Source: an uncultured bacterium (GTDB taxonomy: Bacteria > Patescibacteriota > Minisyncoccia > Phycocordibacterales > CAIRYW01). From it: a stretch of DNA of 64,000 bases. The stretch lies in assembly GCA_903882905.1 (NCBI GenBank), contig CAIRYW010000004.1, positions 49,117-113,116 of the forward strand. Direction: 5' to 3'. The notes beneath the pieces were generated by a model. That model was not told the DNA's origin. It did no database searches and saw nothing but the letters and a program-made list of their open reading frames with translations. A program made the translations under genes and the position numbers. Shown here piece by piece: positions 31,682-40,837 of the stretch (positions are counted from its first letter, which is position 1; the number at the start of each line of letters is the position of its first letter).

Positions 31682-33316
31682 TTATTGAACGTTAGTTCTC
31701 CAGGATGAAAGGTCCTGCATAAAATTAATTAGCTGATTACCTTGAGAAGTATTTACACTTATTCCTTCAAACTGGACAGCGTATGTGTTTACTCCTGGGT
31801 TCAATACAGCAAATGTGTAAGTAACTGGGATTGTAACATTGTTGTTTCTGCCTAGAGTGAAGCTCTTACTGTCACCAGACAAGGTTGTACCTGTTGATTG
31901 ACTGTAGTTTACAGTTAACAAGTAGTTTGTTGATGTATCTTTAGCACCGTTTGCGTAAACAGTTACAAATGATGTACTTGTTGCAAATGAAGGTGTTGAA
32001 GATGAAAGTAGACCAAATGTTGCATCTGTTCCTACTGCTGATAGATTCAAATTGAATGTACCTGAGTAAGTTGTAGTTGCATTACCTGATGTATCTGAAG
32101 GACCAACTGTCTTAACCAAGTTTGCTGAATTTAGAGCAACTTGTAGACCTAATCCAACAACTTTCTGAGTATTTCCAACAGCTAAACCATTGATTGTAGT
32201 TACTGTTTTATCAGACGAATCATAAAAAACGAAATCTGAAGTTGAAGCGATTACAGTTAGATTTCCTGTAAGAACACCTGTTACATCAACCTTAACTGTG
32301 TAAGGTAGAGTTGAGTTTACAGCAACCAATGCTCCCTGAGTTCCATCTGTGATGTTACTAAATGTAGCAACACCTCCTGAAACTGCAGCTGAAGCAACCT
32401 GTGTTGAACCTTGGTACAAATAAGCAGCAGTAACTGTTCCTTGTGTTCCTGAAGTTGCAACGTTGATTGCTAGGTTATGAAGGTGAACAGCATCGTTTTG
32501 AGCGTTAACATCAAAAATCAATACTGGAAGCTTCAAATACTGACCGTTTGTTGTGTCAGTAACTGCAACTTGACTTTGTTGAGGTGAAGATGAGTCAAGT
32601 GAAATATTAACGTATGCGGTTGTTGATGATGAAGTAGTAGTTGCTGGAATATCATTATTTTGAGTACCAATATATGAGGCTCCAGGTTGAGTAATATATA
32701 TTGCATATCCTTTAGTTTCTCTAAAATCATTCAAACTATTTACATCACTAGGAATAGCTGTTTGCCATTTGTCAGAAACAGAAACACTATTTATATTTGA
32801 ACTACTAGCTGTTAAATCAACAACTGAATCATAGTCACCAGAAAGTGAATTTAAGATACTACTTGGGTTATTTGTATTAGTAGATGCGTCTGTGACTGGG
32901 TCGGCATATGTTGGGTTAGCAATACCTATTGAATACCATCCAGCTGAGGAAAAAGTTCTTGAAAAAAATCTTTGGTTTGGAGTAGTGCTTGCTCCGTAAT
33001 TAAAAATTAATGTTTGTGTAGTTGTGCTTTTGTTATTTATAAAATATCCATAAAGAGGAGTAAATTCTGTTTGCTCAAGGTCAGCCATAGTTGACCAACC
33101 ATCAGTACTTGAAGCATTGAGAACATAAATATCAAAATTGTTTGAAGTTTCAGGAAGAGAAAAGGTATGTGAATCTAATATTCTTGGAGTAGAAATTATA
33201 TTCCATCCTGGAGTGAGTGAGACAGATTGATTATACGATACCGAAGCATTTGCGAAACTAACAATAGAAACAAAAGCTAAAAACACCACCGAGAGTAAAT
33301 ATTTTTTCATATTCAT
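31682..33316 (-). CDS. secreted Ig-like surface protein
   Basis: Signal peptide, LTPGWNIISTP and GWYSIG repeats, Thr/Ser/Val-rich beta domains. Confidence 0.75.
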   Translation of the reverse strand: MNMKKYLLSVVFLAFVSIVSFANASVSYNQSVSLTPGWNIISTPRILDSHTFSLPETSNNFDIYVLNASSTDGWSTMADLEQTEFTPLYGYFINNKSTTTQTLIFNYGASTTPNQRFFSRTFSSAGWYSIGIANPTYADPVTDASTNTNNPSSILNSLSGDYDSVVDLTASSSNINSVSVSDKWQTAIPSDVNSLNDFRETKGYAIYITQPGASYIGTQNNDIPATTTSSSTTAYVNISLDSSSPQQSQVAVTDTTNGQYLKLPVLIFDVNAQNDAVHLHNLAINVATSGTQGTVTAAYLYQGSTQVASAAVSGGVATFSNITDGTQGALVAVNSTLPYTVKVDVTGVLTGNLTVIASTSDFVFYDSSDKTVTTINGLAVGNTQKVVGLGLQVALNSANLVKTVGPSDTSGNATTTYSGTFNLNLSAVGTDATFGLLSSSTPSFATSTSFVTVYANGAKDTSTNYLLTVNYSQSTGTTLSGDSKSFTLGRNNNVTIPVTYTFAVLNPGVNTYAVQFEGISVNTSQGNQLINFMQDLSSWRTNVQ

Positions 33317-33474
33317 TTTAATTATTTTTAAGCTAAAACTTACAATAAATAATACAGTACAATTAACATTTTGTCAAAGATAATAAGTGGAAAACATACA
33401 TTTAAGTATTTATAAACTAAGTAGTATTATTACTTAGTAATTTCTCTCACCAGTTATTAATTAAATAAATATTT

Positions 33475-34269
33475 ATGTTTAACTTTTTTCACAATCTAAG
33501 TGTCGGAATAATTCCAGTCTTTATTGCTTTTACTGGTATTTTTCATTCAAATAATAACAATTTAGCGATTACCGCTACAACCACAACAAGTGGTGCTACT
33601 TCTACAATAAACATAGAATCAACGACAACTATTCCTGTGGTTCAAACTATCAAAACTTCATCACAAACAAATACTCAAAAACAAATTGAAAATACTCCAG
33701 TTGCACACACAACAACTCAATCACCAACTATGCAGGAACAGGTTCCACAACAAGTTCAACCTACAGGTGAACTTTGTAACGGTACCTATTGGAGTAAGTG
33801 TCAATCGGGACAAAATTTTATTTGTCCACAAAGTGGTAATGCATATTGTCAAAGCTCTCAAGTACCTGTTCAACCACAGCAAACCACAAGTCAGACCCCT
33901 CAAAATCAACAAAATTCTGCTTCAATCACTGATGAACCTCCTGTAATAAATGGTATAACTCTACCCGCAAGAAATTACGCTGGAAGTGCAACTAATTTTT
34001 ATTTGACAGTATCTAACCCACAAGAAAATCCAATGAACTGTTTTGTTGACTGGGGTGATGAAAATGCACTAACTCCTATGTCAACCTCAAAGAGTACAGA
34101 CTTACGTATAGCACAAAATAATGTCCCACAAGAATTTTCACATTCCTACTCCAGTGCGGGCACTTATACAATATCTCTTATTATCACCGAACAAATATTT
34201 AATTCTTCCTCAGGTACTTATTTTGATGGTTTAAAAACACAAACAACTAAAACAATCGTTGTGCAATAA
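33475..34269 (+). CDS. conserved-leader surface protein 1 (Cys-rich segment plus PKD-like domain)
   Basis: MFNFFHNL...AFTGIFHS leader; CNGTYWSKC..C..C; VDWGD...FSHSYSSAGTYTISL. Confidence 0.75.
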   Translation: MFNFFHNLSVGIIPVFIAFTGIFHSNNNNLAITATTTTSGATSTINIESTTTIPVVQTIKTSSQTNTQKQIENTPVAHTTTQSPTMQEQVPQQVQPTGELCNGTYWSKCQSGQNFICPQSGNAYCQSSQVPVQPQQTTSQTPQNQQNSASITDEPPVINGITLPARNYAGSATNFYLTVSNPQENPMNCFVDWGDENALTPMSTSKSTDLRIAQNNVPQEFSHSYSSAGTYTISLIITEQIFNSSSGTYFDGLKTQTTKTIVVQ

Positions 34270-34298
34270 AAGTATTAGTTATTAATTAAATAAATCAT

Positions 34299-35339
34299 AT
34301 GTTCAGTTTTTTTCACAATTTAGGAATAGCATTTGTGTCGGCTTTCGTTGCTTTTACAGGGGCTTTGCATTCCCAACCTTTAGTTCAGACATCTGTAAAT
34401 CAAATTACTGCGACAACTACAGTACAAGCTACAAGTTCTGGGGATATAAAATCAAAGAGTAATTCTGTTCAAAATTCAAAAACAGAAACACAAAATACTG
34501 CGGATAGTGTTCCTCAACCAACAGTTCAAAATATAAATATCCCTACATCAATTACTCCACCTGTTACTACAACTGGTTATGCTTCATACTCAATCCTACC
34601 GTCAAACTTTTCAAATAATCCTCCGTATTATGTTGGAACCAAAATAAAAATCAGTGGAAATATTAAAGATTTTCTAGCTAATGGTGATAGAGCAGTAACT
34701 TCAAATTATATTGAGATAAAACCAGCCAATTCTCAGAACGGCGAACTTCCTTATATGATGCTCCAAATCAACTCTAGTACTAACTACCAACAAGCTGTAT
34801 CAACTTTGACTAAGGGAGATTCTATAACTGCGTACGGAACAATAACAGCAAGTCAAAATTTTACTGACCCTTTAGGAATCGTCAGCATAATTCCAGTTCT
34901 TAATATAGTTAGAATAGATAAGTGCAATACATCGTTATCCTGTAGTGTAAATGTTGGACTACAAACTGTTTTTCCTTATACACCAAGTCAAAGTATTAGT
35001 AACAATGCTAATAATAATTTCGTTTCGATTAGTGCTATACAACAAAATCCTAATTTATATTTAAATCACGTAATATCCACAACTGGTAAAATATATGAAA
35101 TCCTTGACGCTAAAGATGGGGGGAGTTCTTTACTAATGACGCAAGACCCAAAGAGTAGTAGCGACCTAGTTTCAATTGCAGTAGATTCAGTTTTTTTCTC
35201 AAAAAATAATATACAAGTTGGAGATATTATTCAGATGACAGGTACGTTAACATCTAATTCAAACTCTTATCAAAGTGAATATGGTATTGCTGTTCCTTCC
35301 TATTTCATCGAGAGCGGAACCATCACATTAAGTAATTAA
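34299..35339 (+). CDS. conserved-leader surface protein 2 (two OB-fold-like domains)
   Basis: MFSFFHNL...AFTGALHS leader; NPPYYVGTKIKISG...GDSITAYG and NPNLYLNHVISTTG...GDIIQMTG. Confidence 0.72.
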   Translation: MFSFFHNLGIAFVSAFVAFTGALHSQPLVQTSVNQITATTTVQATSSGDIKSKSNSVQNSKTETQNTADSVPQPTVQNINIPTSITPPVTTTGYASYSILPSNFSNNPPYYVGTKIKISGNIKDFLANGDRAVTSNYIEIKPANSQNGELPYMMLQINSSTNYQQAVSTLTKGDSITAYGTITASQNFTDPLGIVSIIPVLNIVRIDKCNTSLSCSVNVGLQTVFPYTPSQSISNNANNNFVSISAIQQNPNLYLNHVISTTGKIYEILDAKDGGSSLLMTQDPKSSSDLVSIAVDSVFFSKNNIQVGDIIQMTGTLTSNSNSYQSEYGIAVPSYFIESGTITLSN

Positions 35340-35354
35340 TAAAATATTTAAAAT

Positions 35355-35391
35355 AAAAAACCCACTAGAAATCGGAAGCTAGTGGGTTTTT
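35355..35391. terminator. terminator between convergent genes
   Basis: AAAAACCCACTAG...CTAGTGGGTTTTT. Confidence 0.75.
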
Positions 35392-35514
35392 ATATTGTAT
35401 TATGAAAATTTCAATTTGTTTACCAAGTATTAACAACACTGAATTTATTGATGGAATTAGATATAAGCAACGTTCTAACTTCGTCTAGTACTCCCAGCAG
35501 TAGGCCAAATACAC

Positions 35515-37266
35515 CTAGTTAATTTGTTTATCAGCCTCATATTCCCTCAAAATAAAGGTTAAATACTCACATTCTCTAGCAAATTTGTTCCAAAAATCAA
35601 ACCCCAAGTCCACAAATCGAGATTTATTGGTGTCGAATTCGTTAGATAGCTTGTAGGGTAAGGATAATTTTGGTGTTCCATTAACTATTTCTTCATAAGT
35701 AGGTAGTTTGTCGAATACCAACCCATAAAGGGACCTCAATTTAGTAAAATCCTTTTGTTTTATAAGGTATTCTTCTGGGTGTTCCATTATTTTTTTTACG
35801 TAGCCTACAAAAGCGTGAATATCGTTCTCCTTAATTTCTAATTTATTTCTTTCACCTTCAGTACTCAATATCTGCTTTTGTATTTCCTCAATCTTTTCTT
35901 CAAGGTCTTCTCGGATGATTGTATTAGTAGTCCCTGTAAAGGCATCAATCAATCTTTTCTTTTCTGTTTTAAGTTCAATAACAGTAGTTCCTGTTTGACT
36001 AGCAAATTCTCCAAGCTCTTTTTCTTTTTCCCTATATTTGTTTTTAATAGTTGCCTCGAGGCTTCTAAAGTAATTTTCGTCACTATAAGTTATCTTTTTT
36101 ACAAACTCACTTAAATTCTTTTCGAAAGTATCTTTACTTACCCCGTAATATTTGTGATTTCTACAGCAATGGTAAGTTGGATATTTTTTTATCTTACCTT
36201 TAGGGCTACTGCCCAAAAATGGCTTATCGCAATGAGGACACAAAATTACATCTTTAAAATGAAAAAGTGGGTTATTTCTTGTTCGCTTTAATTGGAGAGG
36301 ATTGAAATCCTTTAAAATTTTAATCGAGCCATTTTTTTGTTCATCGATATAAATCTGACCCCTATTGGCATCATTAAACTTTTTAATGCTTACTAAGCCT
36401 TTATATTGAGTTCTGGTGGGCTCAAGAACCCACTTCTCTATGTTTATTCCACAGTAGATAGGTCTTTTTATGATGCTCTGTAATTTTTTAACAGTAAGCT
36501 TTAATCTACCCCTTGAGCCAATTACTTTACTTTTATCTTTTGACCAGTGTTTTCTATCTCTTGAGCGGTAGCCCATTGCATTGAGTTTTCCGACAATTTG
36601 AATATCAGAAAAAGCACCAGAAGCCCTAAGTTCAAACATTTTTGCAAAGTAATGTGCTCTTTCTGGGTCTGGAACCTGAATAACTCTTTTTTTATTTTCT
36701 ACAAATACTTTTTGATTAATATATCCATCATCAGCTTGTCTAACTTTATAACCTTCTCTTACCAAGTTTATTTCAGAACCAATCATTCTAGTTAGAATCA
36801 CATTCACTTCATTTTTCCCTTGCTGAGCCATAACGAGCTCTGATATTTCGCTTGGATAGATTCTGCTCCAATCATATTCCATACCTAAATGTTCGAGGGT
36901 ATTTTTAGAAGGTTGTATTACTCCATTCGCATCAATTAACTCAACTCCATATTTTGCAAGCAACTGTTTTAACGTTTCGTATCCAAGAGTTCCATTTCTT
37001 GTAAAACGGTCAATGGCACGAAAAATCAAGTAATCAATTTTTTTATTTGATTTTTTTATAAATGTGATGATGTCTTCAATTACTGGTCTTTCATTTTTTC
37101 TACCTGAATATTGTTCCTTGAACACATTAAGCACTTTTAAATTTTTTCTCTCGGCAACGCCTAAACAAATTTTTGCTTGGTCTTCAATGCTTTCGCCTTG
37201 CTGAGCCTGTTTTGTTGTACTTACTCGACAGTATACTAGGCAGTTTTTATGAGGTAAGTTTTCCAT
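35515..37266 (-). CDS. large serine recombinase B; C-terminal tail encoded by the right end of element A
   Basis: Start MENLPHK at 37266; VYCRVST, EQYSG, AIDRFTR, CPHC...YHC zinc ribbon; crosses the core as FVD-LGFDFWN... Confidence 0.92.
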   Translation of the reverse strand: MENLPHKNCLVYCRVSTTKQAQQGESIEDQAKICLGVAERKNLKVLNVFKEQYSGRKNERPVIEDIITFIKKSNKKIDYLIFRAIDRFTRNGTLGYETLKQLLAKYGVELIDANGVIQPSKNTLEHLGMEYDWSRIYPSEISELVMAQQGKNEVNVILTRMIGSEINLVREGYKVRQADDGYINQKVFVENKKRVIQVPDPERAHYFAKMFELRASGAFSDIQIVGKLNAMGYRSRDRKHWSKDKSKVIGSRGRLKLTVKKLQSIIKRPIYCGINIEKWVLEPTRTQYKGLVSIKKFNDANRGQIYIDEQKNGSIKILKDFNPLQLKRTRNNPLFHFKDVILCPHCDKPFLGSSPKGKIKKYPTYHCCRNHKYYGVSKDTFEKNLSEFVKKITYSDENYFRSLEATIKNKYREKEKELGEFASQTGTTVIELKTEKKRLIDAFTGTTNTIIREDLEEKIEEIQKQILSTEGERNKLEIKENDIHAFVGYVKKIMEHPEEYLIKQKDFTKLRSLYGLVFDKLPTYEEIVNGTPKLSLPYKLSNEFDTNKSRFVDLGFDFWNKFARECEYLTFILREYEADKQIN

Positions 37267-37273
37267 ACGTATA

Positions 37274-37432
37274 TTATATCTCGTTTTTGCTTGTACTGAT
37301 TTCTTCTTTCCACATAGCAAAAAATATCTCAGCTAATTGGTCTTGCTTCTCTCTGAGTTCAAGAATTTGTTCTTCGCTTAATCGTTCAGCCGATGAACCG
37401 AGAGCCGTCTTGTAGTCTTCAAGGCTCATCAT
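37274..37432 (-). CDS. small helical protein upstream of recombinase B (candidate directionality factor)
   Basis: Hand translation MMSLEDYKTALGSSAERLSEEQILELREKQDQLAEIFFAMWKEEISTSKNEI; ATGA-coupled to the upstream ORF. Confidence 0.7.
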   Translation of the reverse strand: MMSLEDYKTALGSSAERLSEEQILELREKQDQLAEIFFAMWKEEISTSKNEI

Positions 37433-37677
37433 AGGCTATTTTGGCTCTGTTTTCGGTTGTCCTCAGAGCAGGAAAGAGCAACAAGGTGTTTGAGAATTAC
37501 TCGTTTATCCTGAGGTCTATAATCAGACTTCTCAACCAACTTATTAAACCAGCGGTTTACTGCATCCTTACTAAAATTTTGTCCCTTTATTGCACGGGAA
37601 AAGTTTATGAAGCTACTTATATTGTTATTTTTTTGTTCTAAGCTGTTGAATCTTCGTTGGATACTTCTCATACCCAA
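37429..37677 (-). CDS. hypothetical basic protein
   Basis: 82-aa ORF coupled to the downstream small ORF. Confidence 0.65.
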   Translation of the reverse strand: MGMRSIQRRFNSLEQKNNNISSFINFSRAIKGQNFSKDAVNRWFNKLVEKSDYRPQDKRVILKHLVALSCSEDNRKQSQNSL

Positions 37678-37726
37678 AAGTCTATTACGTGAGGACTTGC
37701 AAGTAGACTACATTTAAAAAGAACTT

Positions 37727-38464
37727 TTATTTGTCACGGATAGATTTATTTTGCCTATGTATTATTTGTCTAACATTTTCTGGCTCAATATTAAAACCAC
37801 GTTTTCTCATTATTGTTGAAATATTTAAGTCTTTGTATGTTGAAGTTGAGCCACTAATCTTGTTGAGTTCTTTGATTTTCATTTGACCGTAGAGGTATAC
37901 AAGACTGTCTCTTTCTATGTTCGTTGATTGCTTATATTTTGTCTTTACAACTTTATTCTTATGCATCTCTGTAAAAACTTTTTGAAATGATTCGATTAAT
38001 CCTTTTTCTTGCTTTAGGAATAAATTAATATCTGTGGGTCTTGAACTTTCTCCGATTTTTAAATAAATACCATCTTTTAACTCATTTTTAATCCACGCTC
38101 TGTTACGGGGTGTAATTAAATACATATCACATCCAGTAGTACTTGCAGAATCCAACCTAAAATTTTTAACTTTTCCATAATGTATAAAATCATAAATAAC
38201 ATAATCTAGGCTTGATATATCAAAGCCCCAATTACGACTTCTAATTTTTGCCATTAATTCTAAAGATTTAAGGTTGAGTTTTTTATTTTTTATCAGGTCT
38301 GCAAGCCACTTTTTATAATCAATTTCATTTTCAAATCCATCTTCAGGAATAGAAAAAGTTTTTCTATAGTCGTTAACCATAGTGTTAAAGGATTTCTTCG
38401 CAGAAAGTTTTTGCCAAATAGACCTAGCTTTATTATTTTTTAGCATAATACACATAGTATACAA
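37727..38464 (-). CDS. element-associated putative regulator with C-terminal HTH-like region
   Basis: Homologous to 29667-30746; ends NIEPENVRQIIHR. Confidence 0.7.
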   Translation of the reverse strand: MYTMCIMLKNNKARSIWQKLSAKKSFNTMVNDYRKTFSIPEDGFENEIDYKKWLADLIKNKKLNLKSLELMAKIRSRNWGFDISSLDYVIYDFIHYGKVKNFRLDSASTTGCDMYLITPRNRAWIKNELKDGIYLKIGESSRPTDINLFLKQEKGLIESFQKVFTEMHKNKVVKTKYKQSTNIERDSLVYLYGQMKIKELNKISGSTSTYKDLNISTIMRKRGFNIEPENVRQIIHRQNKSIRDK

Positions 38465-38556
38465 CGCATATTCTAGGTGTTATAGTTTAAGTACAACTGA
38501 ATAAAGAAAGTAGCCTAAACTTTGAGATTTTTGTTTCAAGGCACGGTGAAAAGAAT

Positions 38557-38658
38557 CCTGACACGGATAAAAAACCCATCATATGGGGTTACCGTGTCAG
38601 GTCACACTGGGAAACTGGTGTGGATAGCGAAAGCTGTCACCTATGTGGTGGGCTTTTT
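38557..38658 (+). ncRNA. candidate structured RNA
   Basis: CCTGACACGG...CCGTGTCAGG stem, then CACTGG-GAAA-CTGGTG and GATAGC-GAAA-GCTGTC GNRA hairpins, ending GGGCTTTTT. Confidence 0.5.
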
Positions 38659-38692
38659 GCTATTCAATTATTAGGTAGCTAATAATAAAAAT

Positions 38693-39520
38693 ATGTTCAA
38701 TTTTTTTCACAATCTAAGTATCGGAATTTTCTCTGCGTTTCTAGCTTTTACTGGGGCTTTTCATTCTCAAACACAACCAGTAGTCCAAACGCCCGTAACT
38801 CAAATAGTAGCAACAACTACGGAGCAAACTTCAGTATCTGCTCCAGTACTTAAAACTCCCCAAACTCAAAATTCCACAAAAGAGACACCGACAACTGCCC
38901 CAGCTTCCACTTCAGTACCACCAACAGTGATTTCCAAAAATATCTCAATAAATTATTTGCCTGCTTATCTAGCTTTTCTAAATTCACAAAAAGATTTTTT
39001 TATCAAACAAAGAAGTATCTTAGACCCCCTAATTGCTGATGCACAAAGCAAATCAGATTCATATGATGAGCAGGCAAGCTATTTTAGTGGACTCATAGGT
39101 CAAGGACTTGCTGGACAGATATATCAAGGCGTCGCCAATCAAAGTAAAAGTGCATCTCAAGTATATGTTGCCTTAATTTCATCATTAAAAACGGTTCAGT
39201 CTTTTGATGATGATGCGATAAATATCATCAATGCAGAAGAGAACAAAGACGTTGGATTATTCTTATCATCTGATGAATACACAGCCAAATATAATTCAAT
39301 GGAAACATCTCTCAGTTATCGGTATAACCTAATTGTGAGTGATATAAGTAAGGAGGGAAATGCATATTTTGCTCAAGACAAAAAAATGAGAGATGACGAG
39401 GCACAGTTACTTGGTCAATTACAATCTCTAGCCACAGCTCCTAATCCAGTTAATTTACAACCGCCAACTCCACGAATAACCATTTGTAATTTTTCAGGAA
39501 GTACTATTATCTGTAATTAA
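38693..39520 (+). CDS. conserved-leader surface protein 3 (alpha-helical body)
   Basis: MFNFFHNL...AFTGAFHS leader, Thr/Pro linker, helical domain, terminal CNFSGSTIICN. Confidence 0.75.
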   Translation: MFNFFHNLSIGIFSAFLAFTGAFHSQTQPVVQTPVTQIVATTTEQTSVSAPVLKTPQTQNSTKETPTTAPASTSVPPTVISKNISINYLPAYLAFLNSQKDFFIKQRSILDPLIADAQSKSDSYDEQASYFSGLIGQGLAGQIYQGVANQSKSASQVYVALISSLKTVQSFDDDAINIINAEENKDVGLFLSSDEYTAKYNSMETSLSYRYNLIVSDISKEGNAYFAQDKKMRDDEAQLLGQLQSLATAPNPVNLQPPTPRITICNFSGSTIICN

Positions 39521-39591
39521 ATTCTATGGGACAAGAAACGCTTTTAGCTAATTAGGGATGCTTTATTGCAACCAGTAAGATAGAAAGAAAT

Positions 39592-39921
39592 CTATTTTTT
39601 TATAGTTGTTCCATTGTTTTGTAATTGTTGCGAAAGATTGTCAATTTTAGTATTTATAGATTCGTAAGAAGATGTTTTGGTATTGTTTGATTCTACAACA
39701 AGTGCTTGCATTGCAGTTAATGTAGACACAAATCCTAAAAATAAAACAATAATTACTCCAATTACTATACTCCACATTAAAGTATTAAAAGATTTTATTG
39801 TAGATTTTAAGTCCGAAATTCTTGTATCAAGAGCACTTTCTGTGAGCGGATTAGATACATCAATTTTAGCTTTGCCTGTAGATGTATTATCAGTAATTTT
39901 TTGTTCTATTTCGTTTTTCAT
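39592..39921 (-). CDS. hypothetical single-TM coiled-coil protein
   Basis: Central hydrophobic helix. Confidence 0.65.
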   Translation of the reverse strand: MKNEIEQKITDNTSTGKAKIDVSNPLTESALDTRISDLKSTIKSFNTLMWSIVIGVIIVLFLGFVSTLTAMQALVVESNNTKTSSYESINTKIDNLSQQLQNNGTTIKK

Positions 39922-40206
39922 TTATAGATTATTTCTCTCTGGAACATCAGTGGCTTTTGCTAAAAATAACCTAATTTCTCCCGTATCAGCATTTAAAAAT
40001 GCTTTTATTACAAGCCCAGACGTCTGAGAAGCTGAAATCATTTGAGCACCAGCTATAGTGACAACAGGGAGCATATTTAGGTGTTGTATTTCAGTCCAAG
40101 TACCTCCTGAAGCATTTAATATTCCTCGTATTTCTTCTAATGAAATTATTCGTGGGGGCATAAATTTATTGTGAAAGTAATTATATATCTTTTTTATCAT
40201 TTTCAA
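39922..40206 (-). CDS. hypothetical protein
   Basis: 94-aa ORF abutting both neighbours. Confidence 0.6.
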   Translation of the reverse strand: MKMIKKIYNYFHNKFMPPRIISLEEIRGILNASGGTWTEIQHLNMLPVVTIAGAQMISASQTSGLVIKAFLNADTGEIRLFLAKATDVPERNNL

Positions 40207-40216
40207 AGTACTTATT

Positions 40217-40543
40217 TTATGAAATTATTTCTGATAAAGAAGATGTGTTAGTAGAATCTGGGTCTTTATACTGGGTCAAAATAACTTGAAAAGGCTCAAA
40301 ATCTGTTTCTACATCCATACTTTGTGAGAGTTTTCCGTACGCTCGGTCGGCAAGCCATTCACGAGCTCTCTGGTTGCCTGAGGTAGCTTGCTCTATTGCC
40401 TTATCAACAATTGGCTCGAAAGAAATAATAAGTTTCCGTACAATAAGTTCTCTAGCTTTTTCAGCCTCAATACCAGCAAATCCTTTTTTTCTTCCTGCAT
40501 TTTGTCTGTAACCGCCTCTCATAATTTGATAAGAATCAAACAA
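40217..40543 (-). CDS. phage terminase small subunit-like protein
   Basis: RGGYRQNAGRKKG N-terminus and A.EWLADRAYGK motif typical of TerS/DUF5681-like proteins. Confidence 0.55.
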   Translation of the reverse strand: MFDSYQIMRGGYRQNAGRKKGFAGIEAEKARELIVRKLIISFEPIVDKAIEQATSGNQRAREWLADRAYGKLSQSMDVETDFEPFQVILTQYKDPDSTNTSSLSEIIS

Positions 40544-40695
40544 TCATACATAACTGTTATCTAACTGATGAGCAGTATACTTTCTCCCTGTTCTTTGCCT
40601 GTTTATCAAGGGAATAAGTTGTAGTTCTATAATGTAATGGGTAAGTTGAAACATAACAAAAGATAAACATTTCGTTGCTAAATATATGTGCTTTT

Positions 40696-40791
40696 TCATA
40701 CTATTACTACCGATTCAAAGCCGTTAAAAACGGCATTCCATTTAATAACCATATTTTCTATAGTGTTCCATTCCAGACCCTCTGAGCCCAC
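40696..40791 (-). other. orphan recombinase C-terminal tail segment (attP arm of element B)
   Basis: Reads VGSEGLEWNTIENMVIKWNAVFNGFESVVIV* in the same frame relative to the core as both recombinases. Confidence 0.7.
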
Positions 40792-40837
40792 AAATACTAA
40801 AAAACACCACATTTGTGGTGTTTTTTAGTATTTGTGG
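40788..40837. terminator. perfect 24-bp inverted repeat, probable original tRNA-Ala terminator
   Basis: CCACAAATACTAAAAAACACCACA-TT-TGTGGTGTTTTTTAGTATTTGTGG; the following AC would pair with the GT of the tRNA end. Confidence 0.8.

Larger units (their letters stand above)
26216..35615. mobile_element. integrative element A (about 9.4 kb) at the tRNA-Ala 3' end
   Basis: Bounded by direct repeat GTCCACAA (26216-26223 and 35608-35615); carries a large serine recombinase reading into the left core, a tyrosine recombinase and surface-protein cargo. Confidence 0.8.
35608..40795. mobile_element. integrative element B (about 5.2 kb), tandem with element A
   Basis: Bounded by direct repeat CCACAAAT (35610-35617 and 40788-40795); large serine recombinase reads into the left core; right core followed by a 24-bp hairpin. 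Confidence 0.78.

Noticed and set aside
33452-35339. Integron cassette array served by the tyrosine recombinase
   Set aside because: No attC-like palindromes between the genes and no evidence for an IntI-specific insertion; the shared 19-mer is a direct repeat fused to the leader.
26216-40795. Complete prophage or conjugative element
   Set aside because: No capsid, portal, large terminase, tail, relaxase or type IV secretion genes recognised.
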